A stretch of DNA of 63,140 bases, filler included, from Pelomyxa schiedti (taxonomy: Eukaryota; Protista; Evosea), in assembly GCA_020536535.1 (NCBI GenBank). It is 5 parts of 5 records of this genome, joined end to end, with 100 filler letters (N's around TTAATTAATTAA, not from the genome) between each part and the next. Parts side by side here need not be neighbours in the genome. Positions count along the whole stretch, not along the records: positions 21,189 to 47,319 come from JAHLWZ010001041.1; positions 47,420 to 60,280 come from JAHLWZ010000777.1; 3 more parts are not named here. One strand, 5' to 3'. Under the pieces are notes generated by a model. The model worked only from the letters and a program-made list of their open reading frames with translations, was not told where the DNA came from and did no database searches. The position numbers were made by a program, and so were the translations under genes. Shown here in pieces: positions 35,797 to 48,443 of this stretch (position 1 is the first letter of the stretch; every line of letters starts with the position of its first letter).

Positions 35797-35853
35797 AAAT
35801 AGAAGACAGATAGTATCAAGATAAAAAACAACGTTCCTTTCCACTACTTTTTT

Positions 35854-38324
35854 TTAGTTTCCTCTTCCAAGGTCTTGTGTATCCACAAGGTGAAGCTCAT
35901 TGGCGAAAGTATACAGTTCCAACAACACAATTTCGTTCTGCCCTTGATGCAGGAACGGTGCTGGAAGATACAGAGTCTGTGCATGAAAGGGAAATGAGAA
36001 GTGTTAGGGAACTAAATTCAAATCACCTGTTGTGGGCCTTTGGATGGCCAGTATCTGCCGATGTTAACGCCATTTACAAAGCAGACGCCTTTGCCCCAGC
36101 CTTCAAAGGAAACAAAGGTATCCATCGGTGTATCAGAAATCTCTAAGTAGCAGATGGAATTTCAGTTGAACAGGAGGTGTTCCAAAGAGAGTGTATTTCC
36201 TACCAAAATAGCCTCTGTAGAACGCAGGATCATTTGTAATTGGAGTGAAAGATGTGGTAGGTAAGACGTCAATGTCCTCTAACGGTAGCGGGTACATTGT
36301 CCATCCAAAAAGAAACATGTCTGGTAGCCTGACACCACTTGTAATGCCCTTAAAATCTTCCAGATACGGACCTGTTCAGACAAGATAAGCAACGAGGAAA
36401 GAGCAAAGAAACATACCAAAATTGATTCTCCCTTCATTTTCTACCAGAATGTGAAGAGTGCCCTCTGATTCAATGCTTATGCTTACAGCGGGTTCAACGA
36501 GGCTACCTCGGTCCACTACACCCTGATATTCGTCATCCAGGAAGATCAAAGCCCGGTCATGGCAATCTTGTATATTTAATGTGGCATCAGTCAGTGGGCC
36601 TTGTACAGAGGTCCGATATAGTACAAATCCAAAGCTAATTAGTTTTTAATTTTTACGACCCGAGTAAGAAAGAGATAGTACTTTTGACCAAGTTCTTCCA
36701 TGGTCATCGTTCTGGAAGATGTAGTAGGTTGGGGACATAGCTTTGCGAGAACAATGGGATCCAGTAATCGAGAAATTGGTTGCATGGTTACGTTACCATA
36801 CCTTGTTATTTTTAAATATGAAAGTACTAACTAAGTAAAGGAAGGGTCTAACACACCCTTTTTTGGGGGAAGACACGGGTACTTCAGAGGGAACCGTTAA
36901 GTACTAACATATATTAACTGTTGTTTTCGTAATGGAAAGAACCCACTTTCCCAATTACATCCCTCAATGCTGTGAACTTGTCTGATACATCCCCATTTTC
37001 ACCTATTGGTGCATCGTAATCATAGCTTGTAATAGTTGGTTGATAGTATCCATCATAATTAGCTCCATTCCTAAATGGAAATAAATATCAGGCGGACATT
37101 GAATAGTCAGCATACCAGAAGTTGAAGTTCGTGCCACCAGTGTACATGTAACTACATCGAATTAATTACATAGAGTTAGGCGGGAACGCACATGGAAACA
37201 GAAGCATTTTGGTAGGCAAGAATTTCGTCAAGCCTCTCTGCCGCAAGAGCTGGAGTTACAGTATGGTGGATTTCTCCCCAGTGATCGAACCAACCATCCC
37301 ACCACTCAGTGACAAACAGTGGTCCAGTTGGTTGATAAAGTCGAAGGGTCTCAAAAGAGTTTGAAGGGCTAGTTCCTGTTCCAAAGTTGATGGTTCGAAG
37401 GATGGAATCAACAGCACCAGCTTGGAGTGCCTGATCAGTGGGACTAAGCGAGGCAGTTATTTTTAGTTGTAGTAGGAAAGAGGCACACCCATTAGAGGCG
37501 AAGTAAACACAATCCAGTCCATTGGACTCATATGTGGAAATCATGTGTTCCAGATAGCTATGGTCATTGCCAAAGCTCCCATACTCGTTTTCAATCTGGT
37601 GTAGTGGTAGCTAACAAAGTAGGGATATACAAATGAAACCTGCATGGCTATAATGGGCCCTCCAGAAGAATAGACAAAGGGCTTCAATTTAGGGAGGAGG
37701 ACAGAGTAGTATCGGTCAACAAGGGACATGTATTCATCGTTACTATTGCGCAGGCTGAGAGGGGATCCACTAGAAAGAATCCAGCCAGGTAGTCCACCAA
37801 ATTCCCATTCTTACCTTGTTACTAAAAGGCCCAATAGCCTTTAACATGGGGCAAAGGTATACCAGCACAAATGTAAGGTGAAGGCCTAACAATAGCCAGC
37901 AATCCTTCGTTCTGAATAGCCTGCAGGAAAGCCTCTATATCCAGCATGCCGTCGAAGTTGTAAGTCTGAGGTGTAGGTTCATGCAAGTTCCAAGGCACAT
38001 AGGTCTCCACAGTGTTCAATCCCCCAAGTGCCATTTTATGCAACCTATCAGCCCAATACTCTGGTGGTGTGCGGAAGTAATGGAACTACCATGTTCATGA
38101 CATGAAGGTTATTCACAAACAGAGTTAAATGATTTGATTCAAGTCAATTCAGTTTCGTTTGAACGAAGTGGCCTGCAAAAAAAACTTACGGCACCCGAAA
38201 CGATACGAAACGGTTCACCGTCTTTCATGAACCAGTCTCCCACAATCGTGAATGAGCTCGCATTCACAAACGCCAACAGCAGTACCAAGACCCCTGCCGA
38301 CCTCAAAGACTCCCTGAGGCTCAT
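35854..38324 (-). CDS. GLB1: GH35 beta-galactosidase with signal peptide, multi-exon
   Basis: FMKDGEPFRIVSG, GLNTVETYVPWNLHEP, IVRPSPYICA, GGPIIAMQVENEY, EWWDGWFDHWG, GWGKGVCFVNGVNIGRYW...GPQQTLYLPAPFL. Confidence 0.95.
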
Positions 38325-38391
38325 TATTGGGTTTTCGTTTTTTTTTTTTTAATAAGTTTTTTGTTGTTGTTTACACAGAGAAATAAGCAGG

Positions 38392-40309
38392 TCAAGAACG
38401 GTGGTGGAGAAAACTAATGAGGGAATCAGGATAGGCTTCCAGGACACCGTGACCTGTCAGTATTTTATTGAGGCTGAGGGAGTGCGTTGCTGAGGATGAT
38501 GACGATGACTGGGGTGATGTGGTTGTTGGTGTTTGTGTTTGCGTTTGCGTTGGTGACGCAGTTGCGGTAGCCTTGGTGTTGTTGGGTGAATATCTCTCTC
38601 CTTGTTGTTGTTGCTGTCTCAACCAGGGTAGAGTAGTTGCTGTTGGTGTTTGAGGTGTTTGTGTGATGGTAGTGTAAAGGGGTGATGCCGGTGGTGTCCC
38701 ATAAGTAGGTGTGGTGCCGGGGGCCGTGGCCAGTACCCTCCGTTGTTGAAGTGAGAGCGGTCCGCCGTTGTTGGTCCCGATCCCGCATCCAACAGCAAAC
38801 TGTTGTTGTGCTGTGAGTGTTGCTCTCTCACCCCATAATGTTTGTTGATGCGGTGTTTGTGGTTGTATTTGCGCTTGCACTTGTACTGCTTGGGCTTGTA
38901 GTTCCGTGATCCTGCGTTGTTGTTGTTGTTGTTGCTGTTGCTGTTGTTGTTGTTGTTGGATTGCCCAAGGGGGAAGGGCAGGGGGGGTTCTGCGAATCGG
39001 GGGGCCGCCGGCACTGGCCCCGATGCGTGGGGAGGCCGTCGTCGTCGTCGCCGCCGCCGCCGTGGCTGGGTTGACGCTCCGGCACGCCATCATCTTGGCC
39101 GTGGTGTTCCACTGCAGCCCGCATGCGTTGCACAGCCTGGTAGTTTGTTATTATGGGTTATTGGTATCTTAGGCATCTTCTATATTTATAAGATAGCAGC
39201 GTGAATGAGGGGGGTGGGAGAAAATTTACTTTATGTGATATGGGAGTTGGTTTTTACGTTGCAGGCCCGTCTGGACCTTTTCTCCATTCTGGGGTCTCTT
39301 TCCGCCCACAGGCATGACAAAATAGCTTGCTCTTATCCATGTTTGATGGCCGTCTCTTCACCTTACCAATGAAATTCATCGGTGTTCCTTGGTCGAGTTG
39401 CTGGTACTGTTGTGGCACAATTGGTTGTGGTGGCTGTTGTGGTTGTTGCGGTGGTGGTTGTTGCAGTTGCTGCTGCTGCTGTTGTTGTTGTTGTTCCTGT
39501 GAAATAACATTTGATTGGTTAAATTGTTGTATTTGCAGTTGTTCCCTTTGTTGTTGCTCCACCATTTGCTGGTGTTGCTGGATTTGCCTTTGTATCCTCA
39601 GTTGCTCTTGTTGTTGAATGGCCAGCTGCTGCTCCAGGTGAAGTTGAACCAAGTGCTGCTGCTCTATTTGTTTCTGCTGTTGTTGCAAGAGAGCAAACAA
39701 CTGCTGCTGAAGCAGTGGTGATTGTTTCCCTTGTACTTTTTCATTCTGGGGTACCTCCCTCATTGTTGGTCCTGCCTCAGTAGAGGATGGCCCTATTTGT
39801 AGAGTCAAAAGGAAACATCCAAAAAAATGAAGAAAAAAAAAAAGGGCCTAAGTTCGGCTTCGTCTTTTTTTTCCCCTTCGTATTTTTTTTTAAAGTAGGA
39901 ATGTACCGATGTTTCGTACAAGTTCTGCAAAACCAGGCAATGGTTCCCCGTTGTCATCATCTTCTTCGTCATAATTCTCATCCCACAATAGTCCACCAAC
40001 CCTAGGTACCGAAGCGGCGGCCGATAGCATAGCCGCCAGGTCGAATTGCTGTTGCTGAAGCTTCATTGTGGGAGTGGGCATGGGTGACATGTTCTGGTCA
40101 CCCTCGTCGTAGCGTGAGTGATCGTGATGGTGGTGGCCGTGCTTGTGTGAGTGCCCGTGCGAGTGGTGATGGTGGTGCGAAGGCGAAGGGGAGGCCGATT
40201 CTGCATTGTGGGAGAGCGTCTGCTCTCGGTGTTGGCGCCCTATGTGCTGCTGTTGTTGTTGTTCATTGGCGTTGATGATTGCATCATCAAGAACGACGTC
40301 CAAGTCCAT
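38392..40309 (-). CDS. Gln-rich GATA zinc-finger transcription factor (CX2CX18CX2C)
   Basis: Spliced CHACGRKETPEWRKGPDGPAT|LCNACGL; poly-Q and poly-H tracts; start taken as MDLDVV at 40309. Confidence 0.85.
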
Positions 40310-40524
40310 TGGCGGATTTATATTATTTTGCTTTTTCTTTCGCGTTCGGTTGTTATCGGTAGTGCGCTTGTTGTCGTTGCGGTTTATTTCTTTTCTTGGA
40401 CGCCTGCGGAAATTCTGCAGGAAATTCCGACCTGTGTTCGACTGTGGATGGAAGCTTCTATCGACTAAAACAAATTCTTCATCTGGTGGTTTTCCCCGAA
40501 GGAGCGAAAAAAAACGAAATTGTG

Positions 40525-40588
40525 GCCGATCCTGGGCGATGATACGAAAATGACGGTCTTCCGGTCCGGTGATTATTTTATTCAGCCA
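40525..40588 (+). repeat. Diverged copy of the dispersed ~65-nt element
   Basis: GCCGATCCTGGGCGATGATACGAAAATGACGGTCTTCCGGTCCGGTGATTATTTTATTCAGCCA aligns with 21829-21896. Confidence 0.85.
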
Positions 40589-40782
40589 TGTTGCTTGATA
40601 CACATATTTTGGTGAAACATTGCATAAAAACGCAGGATTCCATTAGGCAGAGGAAGAAGTTGAGTTACAGGTAGGGCCAAAAATTGTGCAGTGGCAATAA
40701 GCGTTTCCTGGGAATCCCACCAAAGTCCAACCACCTCCATTCCTGTTTTTTTGTTTTGTTTAGAGGTGACAATTTGATAGGA

Positions 40783-42816
40783 CTATTGTTTGTTGTGGAA
40801 TTCTGTTGGGTGGGGGGTCCGCAGTGGAAGATTTTGGGAGGGGGTATCATACGGGAACATTACAAATCCCAGTACGGCAGTTACGAACATAAGAACTGCC
40901 AGGTAATATCGCATTGAGCCAATGGATTTCTTATTGTTTGCTGAGAGCTTAACAAGCCTGAACTTGTCCATTGGGTACCTAGCAATTACGTGAATACAAA
41001 CTTGTTTCAGTAGCGCTTCTTACACAATAGCAGTAGTCAAAAGGGAAATCACGCATAAGCCAGGGAAAACTGTTGGCGTGTAAAAATCGGACTGAAAAGG
41101 GAAGACATGGTTACCGGTCATTCCAAGGTACATTATATACTGCCTGAAAAGAACATCCATATACCTAAGGAAGAAAAGAAATGAAAAAATGGAAAAGTAG
41201 ATTCTCGGAGTACTGTGAAGATAAATCAAAGTAAATCTAAATTTTTAGTAGGTGAGAAATTGTATTATGCAGTTAATTTTCTTGCGTACTGGCTTGGTAG
41301 TCTTCCCGGCTTTTCCTTTGCAAGCGTTGATAAGATACCTAGTAATAGGAGAGGCCATCAAAAGAAGATTGCCTGAAATTTTTAGTGGGATGCCTATTTG
41401 AAAATGAAGCATACCAACAGTTAAGTCTGTCATAGCTAAAGATAAAAACTGTGTGAGAATTAGTACTATTCTTTTCCTTTGGTCCCATTAGAAACCTTTA
41501 TTCCAGAAGTTCTCATAGGACAAAGGTTATCTGTATCACTCAGTCTCAACCATTGCGCCCAGTAAACAGCGGAGACCAAAACAACCTTAAAAAGGAGTTA
41601 AAAAAACATTATTGGAAAATTGGTGCCATACTTTATAGGTAAAGTTTTTGAATGTCTTATGCTTGGAGTGGGTCAGCCTTCGCTTGTGCCGTTCTAAGTG
41701 GGTGAGCATTGCACAGACTTTTTTCCCAATGAAGCAAAGGACGAACAAAGAGACACTAATAACATAGTCCTTTTGGAGGTCAGTCATACAATCACCATGA
41801 ATAGACAAAACGCACCCACACAGTGATACTGATTGTGTAATACTCGATGGTTCTATCTTAAATTAGTGGATGACTTAGAATGTTTACAGACTCACTCCTC
41901 ATAGACATAAGTTGTGATTGGAGCATTCCTCAATTGTACAACAACCATGATAATGAGAACCAGAGCAGATAGTGCTTGACAAAAGTAAGCAATAGAAATG
42001 AAGTATCCAAACCAACCAGTCCAAATAATAAATAGGAAGTAACTCAAAAGAGTTCGAAAAAATTTACTGCAACTGTTAACTCGCATGTTTTTCTGTTCAT
42101 TGAGAAAGAAGTTTTCATTAGAGAAGAGGATCATGTAAAATTTATTTGTACTTCGATAAATCCCATTTCCTCAGGACTCTGTGACATGAGATCAAATTCC
42201 CACAGGGAATTTTTTTCATAGCTTTCTACTTCTTGATAGCTTCTCTTATGTATGTTGCGAATACGAATTATGTACAAGAAACTGTGCTGTATTACACTAC
42301 TTAGAGGAGCGTCTTGGACTAACCCAAAAATCGCAGCCAGAAGAAAAGCAACAACAGATGTAACTTCCCAGACCCAAAGCAAATTGTCACTGTATCCAGA
42401 CACAAAAAGTATTTCCAAGTTATCCCCCTAAAATCAAATCAGAGAGGAGAGGGGGAAAAAAAAAAAAGTACACACCAGAATATCATGCCTCTCAATAACA
42501 TGAGGTACTGAATAAAACGAGTTGGTTACAGAATCGTAGGGGAGAAGAAAAGTAATATTAGAAATAGGTTTATAAGCATACTCCAATTTGCCATTACAGC
42601 ACAAGTGATAAGTAAGTTGCCAAGCATCAAGAACCTCAAGAAATCGAAATACAAGAAGGTGCCAACACCATATCTATCCTCAATATCCTTGAGGTCACAG
42701 AACAAGGACAAGGCTTTCTCAGGTTCGGATGAAGCCACTTCGAATTCTTGCATGGTCTTTGGTGGCTTTGCTGACTTGGGTTCCTCGTCATCCACAGCAT
42801 AAGGGTCCCCACTCAT
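40783..42816 (-). CDS. Transmembrane channel-like (TMC) family protein, multi-exon (3' end approximate)
   Basis: IEDRYGVGTFLYFDFLRFLMLGNLL is the TMC N-terminal signature; several hydrophobic exons follow. Confidence 0.6.
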
Positions 42817-43216
42817 TTTCTCCTTCTTTCCTCCTCCTACACCACTGTTTCCCTAATCTCCTTGTTTCCTCTTCTGTTTGGTTTTTTTTCCAAAATTTCA
42901 CAAACTACTGTCAAAACGTGCACCCCCTTTTCAAACCCCTCTGTTTTACTTTGTTTCCCACAATCCCGGACTGCACAAACGTCAAGTGTTAAAAATTGTG
43001 TTGCAGTGCTGGTGTATGGAAGGTGTTCGTGTTTTCGCTACGCGGCGTCGTTGTACTCGATGAGGAAGATTTTGTTTTTTGATTTTTTTTTTGTGTTTCT
43101 GGTGGAAGCGTTAAACGAGATCTCGTTAATAGTTTTCGTCTAAATTGAAAATAAAAAAAAGGCAAGTACGAATTCAATTCACACAAGGCATCATCATACA
43201 TCCAGCCAGCCATTGA

Positions 43217-44549
43217 TTAGAGCTTTTTCACAATTACATAGAGGAAGTTATCAGGGTGACACATTGTTGCAGCCATCCACACAACAGGAGTACACAGTGG
43301 GGGTGTTATTCCCTGCACCAGGACAGTCACGCGTGGATTGTTTGGAACTGTGCTAGTGTTGCTTGGTGTTGCCATTGCAGGAATTGTTGATGCCGATGCC
43401 GCTGATGATGCGGGACTTGGTGGGAAATCCTCAGGGAGGGCGTCGCGGAGAACCTCCTCGAGGGTGCGGGGGTTTCCTTGGGGATTGAGCACCGGTACGA
43501 GGTCTTGGATGAAGGCCATGTGGGGTCGGCATATCCTTACGGGTACGTTCTTCCACGTCGTTGGCTGAAGCTTGTTGTTGAGTGTGGTGTACATTGCAAG
43601 GTCATCTGTGCGGTGAATTGTGTTTGTGCATTTTTTTTTTTTATTTTGTGTGTGTGGTGGGTGTGGGGTTTGTGTGAGTTTTGTGTTTTGAGTGTTGGTG
43701 TGGGTTGAATGGGGGGAGCGGAATAAATGATTAGATTAGATAAAACTCAATGTGAGAAGGGGGGTTGCACTTTTTTCTATAGCAAGCCACAAGTCCTCAA
43801 GTTCTTTCTTTGACAGGTTGTTTATTCTTGTGATATCACCACATTTGAGACAGGATGCCTTATTTCGTTTTGTTGAATGGCTGGGTTTTGTGAAAGCATT
43901 GTACCTCTTTTAAGACATGCATAAAACCATTCTGAACCAAGCTTGGGCAGCGCAATAACTTATCTGTAGGGAATTTATTGTAATGGACTACAAGTGGCCA
44001 GGGGTGCTCCGTCCCGTAAAGGTCGTACAAGACTCCCATGGGAACATGCCTAGAAATAGCCTAAGACTATGTCCAACTACAGGAGTACCAGATACCACTT
44101 AAGGGGAATATTGCCAGGGGCCTCAAACCACATGTCCTCCACTGGTGCACTCACAAATGGAGAAAATCTTTCCCTCACAAACTGCGTGCACAAAGGAAGA
44201 TACGAAATTCTTGGCACGTGCCACTGCATACTTGTTAGCTGATATTTTTCATTCTACTATCCTCTCTACTTTCCTTTGTACGTTATTTTGTTTTACTTTT
44301 CACTCTTCACGCGTGTCATTAAACCCATAATTTTGGGCCGGAGTAGCATCAGTGCCACTAAAAAAAAAAAAAGAGAGAGAGTGACGACGCAGAGCAGGCC
44401 CCAACCCAAATTGGCTCTGGTTGAGACGATGTGTTCGTGAGCGAGCCTCTGTCGACGGAAAACTTCACAATCACTGCACCGTTCCACACAGCCTCCCGCA
44501 CCTGCCCCTCTGTCGGCGTCGCCGGCCCGTTTCCCGTGCACTCGGTCAT
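43217..44549 (-). CDS. ATG5: Autophagy protein 5
   Basis: VREAVWNGAV, HVPRISYLPL, MWFEAPGNIPLKWHVPMGVLYDL...PWPLVVHY, FMHVLKEASCLK, LVQGITPPLCTPVVWMAATMCHPDNFLYV. Confidence 0.92.
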
Positions 44550-44647
44550 CTCCCTCTCCCGGTTTTTTTTTTTTGTTTTGTTTGTTTCGTGTTCTGTTGT
44601 GTTTCGCCCCAACCGTGGTTTTTTTTTCCCGCTGTGTTGCGCGGTGT

Positions 44648-45522
44648 ATGGCTGCTCGGAGGGCAAAGAGCCCCCTAGGAGGCGCAACAAAGGACGAGAG
44701 GGTGGCGTGGTGGTGCGGGCAGTATGCGGCGGTGCAGAGGGGTGTCCTGGCCCTGCTGGGGCCCCAGGGCCGCGGGGCGGAGGCGGCAGAGGGGGGCGCG
44801 CGGGCGCCGGGGCCGGGGCCGGGGCAGGGGCAGGGGCAGGGGAGGCGCGGCTGCCCCGCGGCCGCGGCGCCCCGCGTGAGGAAGTGGCTGCTGCGGGACC
44901 TCGCCTGGGGCTTCGCGGCCGCGTGCGTGAGGGGCACCGACTGGGGCTGGTGGGGGCGCAGCGTGGGCCCCGACGCCCCCACGACCCTCCTGTGGGTGTT
45001 CAGGTCGGAGGACTGGGCAAGGACCGGGGGCGGAGGAACGGGGGCAGAAGCGGCGGAGGAAACAAAGCGGCGGCGGGAGCAGTGCCCACTCAAGGGACAC
45101 TGCGTGTGCTACGCAAGGGACTTCCCTGAAGCTACTGACGACTTTAGCGGCTCCTATAGGGTGGAGAGATGTCAAGTGTGTGTTCTTTTCTTTTTTTTCT
45201 TTTTTCGTTTTTTCTTATTGGTTGGTGTATTTTATGCTTAAAACTCCGGACATTGTGAACTTACCGAACCGCCCTCATTATAATGTTTAAAACAAAAACC
45301 ACTGGTGTTAAGCAAAGAGACGGATTCTTGCCCCTGAGAGTGATTGTTGACATGGTGTTGAGACCAAATTTTTGGCAACCTGCTGGTAATTACACAATCA
45401 TGGCAAATAAAAGGTCATTCTGTTTTGCTATTGCCTGCCACAACAAATTTTTCCTGGAGTTGGAGTCCGTGGATTCTGTGCCACTTCCTCCAGATGTCTT
45501 CCTTTCCTTCAAAATGCAATGA
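44648..45522 (+). CDS. Hypothetical protein (GC-rich first exon, probably two exons)
   Basis: Open Trp-rich frame from MAARRAK to ...VERCQ, then a T-rich intron and an open last exon ending FKMQ*; no recognisable family. Confidence 0.45.
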
Positions 45523-45697
45523 AATGTACTTCATGCACTGTGGAAGAATGTAATTAGATAGATTCTCGTGGCATTACCTTTTTCCTTCAAATTGGTTCTT
45601 CTTTCTCCCGAAAATATGGATAAAATTAGCCGAGTCTCAACAGCTCATAAGCCACTTTTTCCGTAAAGAGCAAGCAACAACAATTTGAATATAAAAA

Positions 45698-46921
45698 ATG
45701 GCGATTTTGGTTATAGCTGCAGCAGTAGTACTGGTGGTTTACGTATTGTATATTTTGCCCTGGATTGCGAAGAGAATACGAAATGGAGCAACATTGCCGC
45801 GGTTTTTGGCCTGGCTGCCAACCATGCTGTGCTTTGTGCTTCCTCTATTCACATGTGCGCCATACCAACACCCGGGCTGTCTCCTTTTACCCATGAATAA
45901 ACATACTCAACAGCACGATCGGCGGCACTTTCATGGTCACTCATTGTAATTCCGTTGCCAATGCGTGCTGCTGATATTGCATTTGACAAGGTGCCTGACT
46001 CGGGTGAACCAATGCGCAGGCACCTGTTGTACAAGTAGAATCCCCTTTTTTTGTTGCTATAACTCTTATATCTTTTAGAATTGGATTCCTTCTTCTTCCT
46101 GACTTCTGGTGTCCAAAGAATGCCGAGGAATCGAAGGAAAATAGAAAGGCTGGATTTATTTCTACTCTTGTACGTTTACTCACTTACGCTTCGAGCTCAA
46201 TTTCTAATAAACAACAGTGGATGTTGGGCTCTGGAGCCCTGGTTTTCGGTTTGGACTACTTGAGCAAATTATACTGCCGAGAGATTATGGAAAACAGGGT
46301 GCTCTCCCATCTGTTCTGGTTTTTCTACGTTGGAATCCAAGTGCCGTGCTCTTTAGCATTAGTTTTTTGTGCGTTCCTTCACATTGCGGGCAGTACACTA
46401 ATTCTACCTCAAAAGCGTTGGTGCCATTAATCACTGGTTTGAAGCTTGCCAGAGTTTACAACAGTCCATTCCTCTCGACCTCTCCTCGGGAATTCTGGTC
46501 CCGGCGATGGAATATGCTGTTCCGAAACAATTTGCACCGCCATGTGTTTTTACCAATTTGCGGACTCGGCAAAAAAGAAGCACAAGAGAGTGCTCAGTCC
46601 GACAAGGCAAAACCCAAGATTCCAAAATGGCAACAGTTCATTGCCGCAATGGCAGTTTTCGCAGTCAGCGGAATTCTGCATGAGTATTTGACGTGGATTT
46701 CATTTGAACCTGAGATGTATGCTCGGTTTGCAGGCAACCAGCTTTTGTTCTTCCTCCTACAAGGACTAGCTTGCTTTGTCATTCCCAGTAACATAGGCGT
46801 CATTGGTACAATTCTGTGGCTTATTTGCAGCTCCCCTCTGTTTATTTCCGCATATCGGACAGCAGCTGGACCCCTTTATGCGGATACAAAGCCACAAAGC
46901 TACTACTGTTATAAACCCTAA
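45698..46921 (+). CDS. MBOAT-family wax synthase / long-chain-alcohol O-acyltransferase-like protein
   Basis: NSPFLSTSPREFWSRRWNMLFRNNL and AVFAVSGILHEY motifs in a multi-pass membrane protein. Confidence 0.85.
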
Positions 46922-47020
46922 TACTACAAAATAAAATGAAAGCTAGAGAAACACTTAAACTGTCTTCTATTTCATTATTTCAGTACTACACCCCTTAGTG
47001 GGGTTTTCCCGTAGTTGCAA

Positions 47021-47197
47021 CTAGTTGTATACTCCTAGGTATTTGTACTTTGTCACAGTTTGCACCGGCCAGGCTGTCGATGTTTTGTCCTTGGCTAACA
47101 GGGGAGACGCAGCCAGCACTTCTGTCTTGTGGAAGTTCAAGGATGCTCCTGTAGCCCAACAATAAAGATCAAAGGTTGGAGCTCCTGTATCGAGAGA
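47021..47197 (-). mobile_element. Short remnant of a non-LTR retrotransposon reverse transcriptase
   Basis: TFDLYCWATGASLNFHKTEV...VTKYKYLGV matches the L1/Tx1-type RT C-terminal motifs (Y..ATGA.LN..K and YKYLG). Confidence 0.7.
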
Positions 47198-47270
47198 GGG
47201 GATTTGAACCCACGCCACCGAAGTGAACAGAGCCTTAATCTGTCGCCTTAGACCGCTCGGCCACGAACAC
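47189..47270 (-). tRNA. tRNA-Leu(AAG)-derived sequence, 3' end degenerate (probable pseudo-tRNA)
   Basis: GTGTTCG TGGCCGAGCGGTCTAAGGCG, anticodon arm CAGA-TTAAGGC-TCTG, long variable arm, GTGGGTTCAAATCCC; the 3' acceptor strand does not pair cleanly and runs into RT-coding sequence. Confidence 0.8.
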
Positions 47271-48037
47271 TACAGAGTTTGAAGCAAGGTCTTGCACTAC
47301 GGGTAGCTCCACCCAAAAGNNNNNNNNNNNNNNNNNNNNNNNNNNNNNNNNNNNNNNNNNNNNTTAATTAATTAANNNNNNNNNNNNNNNNNNNNNNNNN
47401 NNNNNNNNNNNNNNNNNNNTGAAGCGTTGCCTCAACAGTTCGGGAAAAAAACCGAGAAACAACAACAAAAGACCGGTGGACAAAACACAATAAAATTATA
47501 AACAAACAAAGAAAACATCGGGAAAAAAAAAACCGATACCGAACAACAGAACGTTCTGACATGGCACCAAAATGCGACGGTCTGTCGCACCACCAGTCAC
47601 CCACCCACCCGCGCGACACGCACCACACCGGCCCCCCGGCAACCAAACGGCATTAAATTTTATTTGTTCTTCTTCTTTGCAACTGGAAACGAAGATACAG
47701 AAACAACATGTTCCCCGAAAATCCACACTCTCAGACCAAGTCAGATCGTCTTGCTGCAGTCGGCACCAACTGAGAGGAGACAAGTGTATAAACAATCAAC
47801 TCAGTTAATTAATCCTGGGCGCGTTGGTCCCTTCCCGGTCGGAGCTAATCGACTTCTGAGTCTGACTTGGTGGGATGGAGAGATCCCCACTTTGGGTTTC
47901 AAGTACCAATTTGGGTACAAATTCAGCTCTCCAATGTTCATACAAATTGTGTGCTAAATCTCCGATCCCATCCAAATTGGGGAACTTGCACACACTTTGG
48001 AATCAGGGTGAGGAGGAGGAGGCCACATAAAACACCC

Positions 48038-48330
48038 TCACCTGAGAATTCTTGGGTGACACAACGACCTTGCCTCGCCGTCCTCGTCGTCGTCTCCTTG
48101 TTGGTAGGTGCCGCACATAATGACGAACACCTTCTCTGCACCAATCACCCAGTCACGCCACATCTTGCCCCTTGTGGGGTCGTCGCTAGCACCAGTTGAC
48201 GTGGTCGTGGGCCCTGACACCGCCTTGTCGGACGGCCACGTCGCCCAGCCACGGCATAAACCACGGCCCTTGTTGGTTGTGTCGTTTCCGTTGTCTCGAT
48301 TGCGAGCAACTCTTCCTTGTGGGTGTGTGT
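48038..48330 (-). pseudogene. Possible decayed fragment of an RCGxxSP-family gene
   Basis: KMWRDWVIGAEKVFVI resembles the family motif W..WVxGxAxxFVV; no RCG motif or long ORF follows. Confidence 0.35.
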
Positions 48331-48443
48331 TCCAACAACCCCTTCCGAGAACCATCAACTGGTGCAAGAAATTTATTTCAATTACATAAACACCTCCTGA
48401 GACCGTAGGGCTTTGCGACAACAACAACGAAAACAGAGAAAAA

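Noticed and set aside
35877-36146. 89-aa plus-strand ORF
   Set aside because: It is the antisense of the last beta-galactosidase exons.
39327-39617. Cys-rich ORFs resembling metallothioneins (also 38906-39172 and 60329-60616)
   Set aside because: They are antisense or alternative-frame reads of poly-Gln (CAG/CAA) tracts and the (CAA)n microsatellite.
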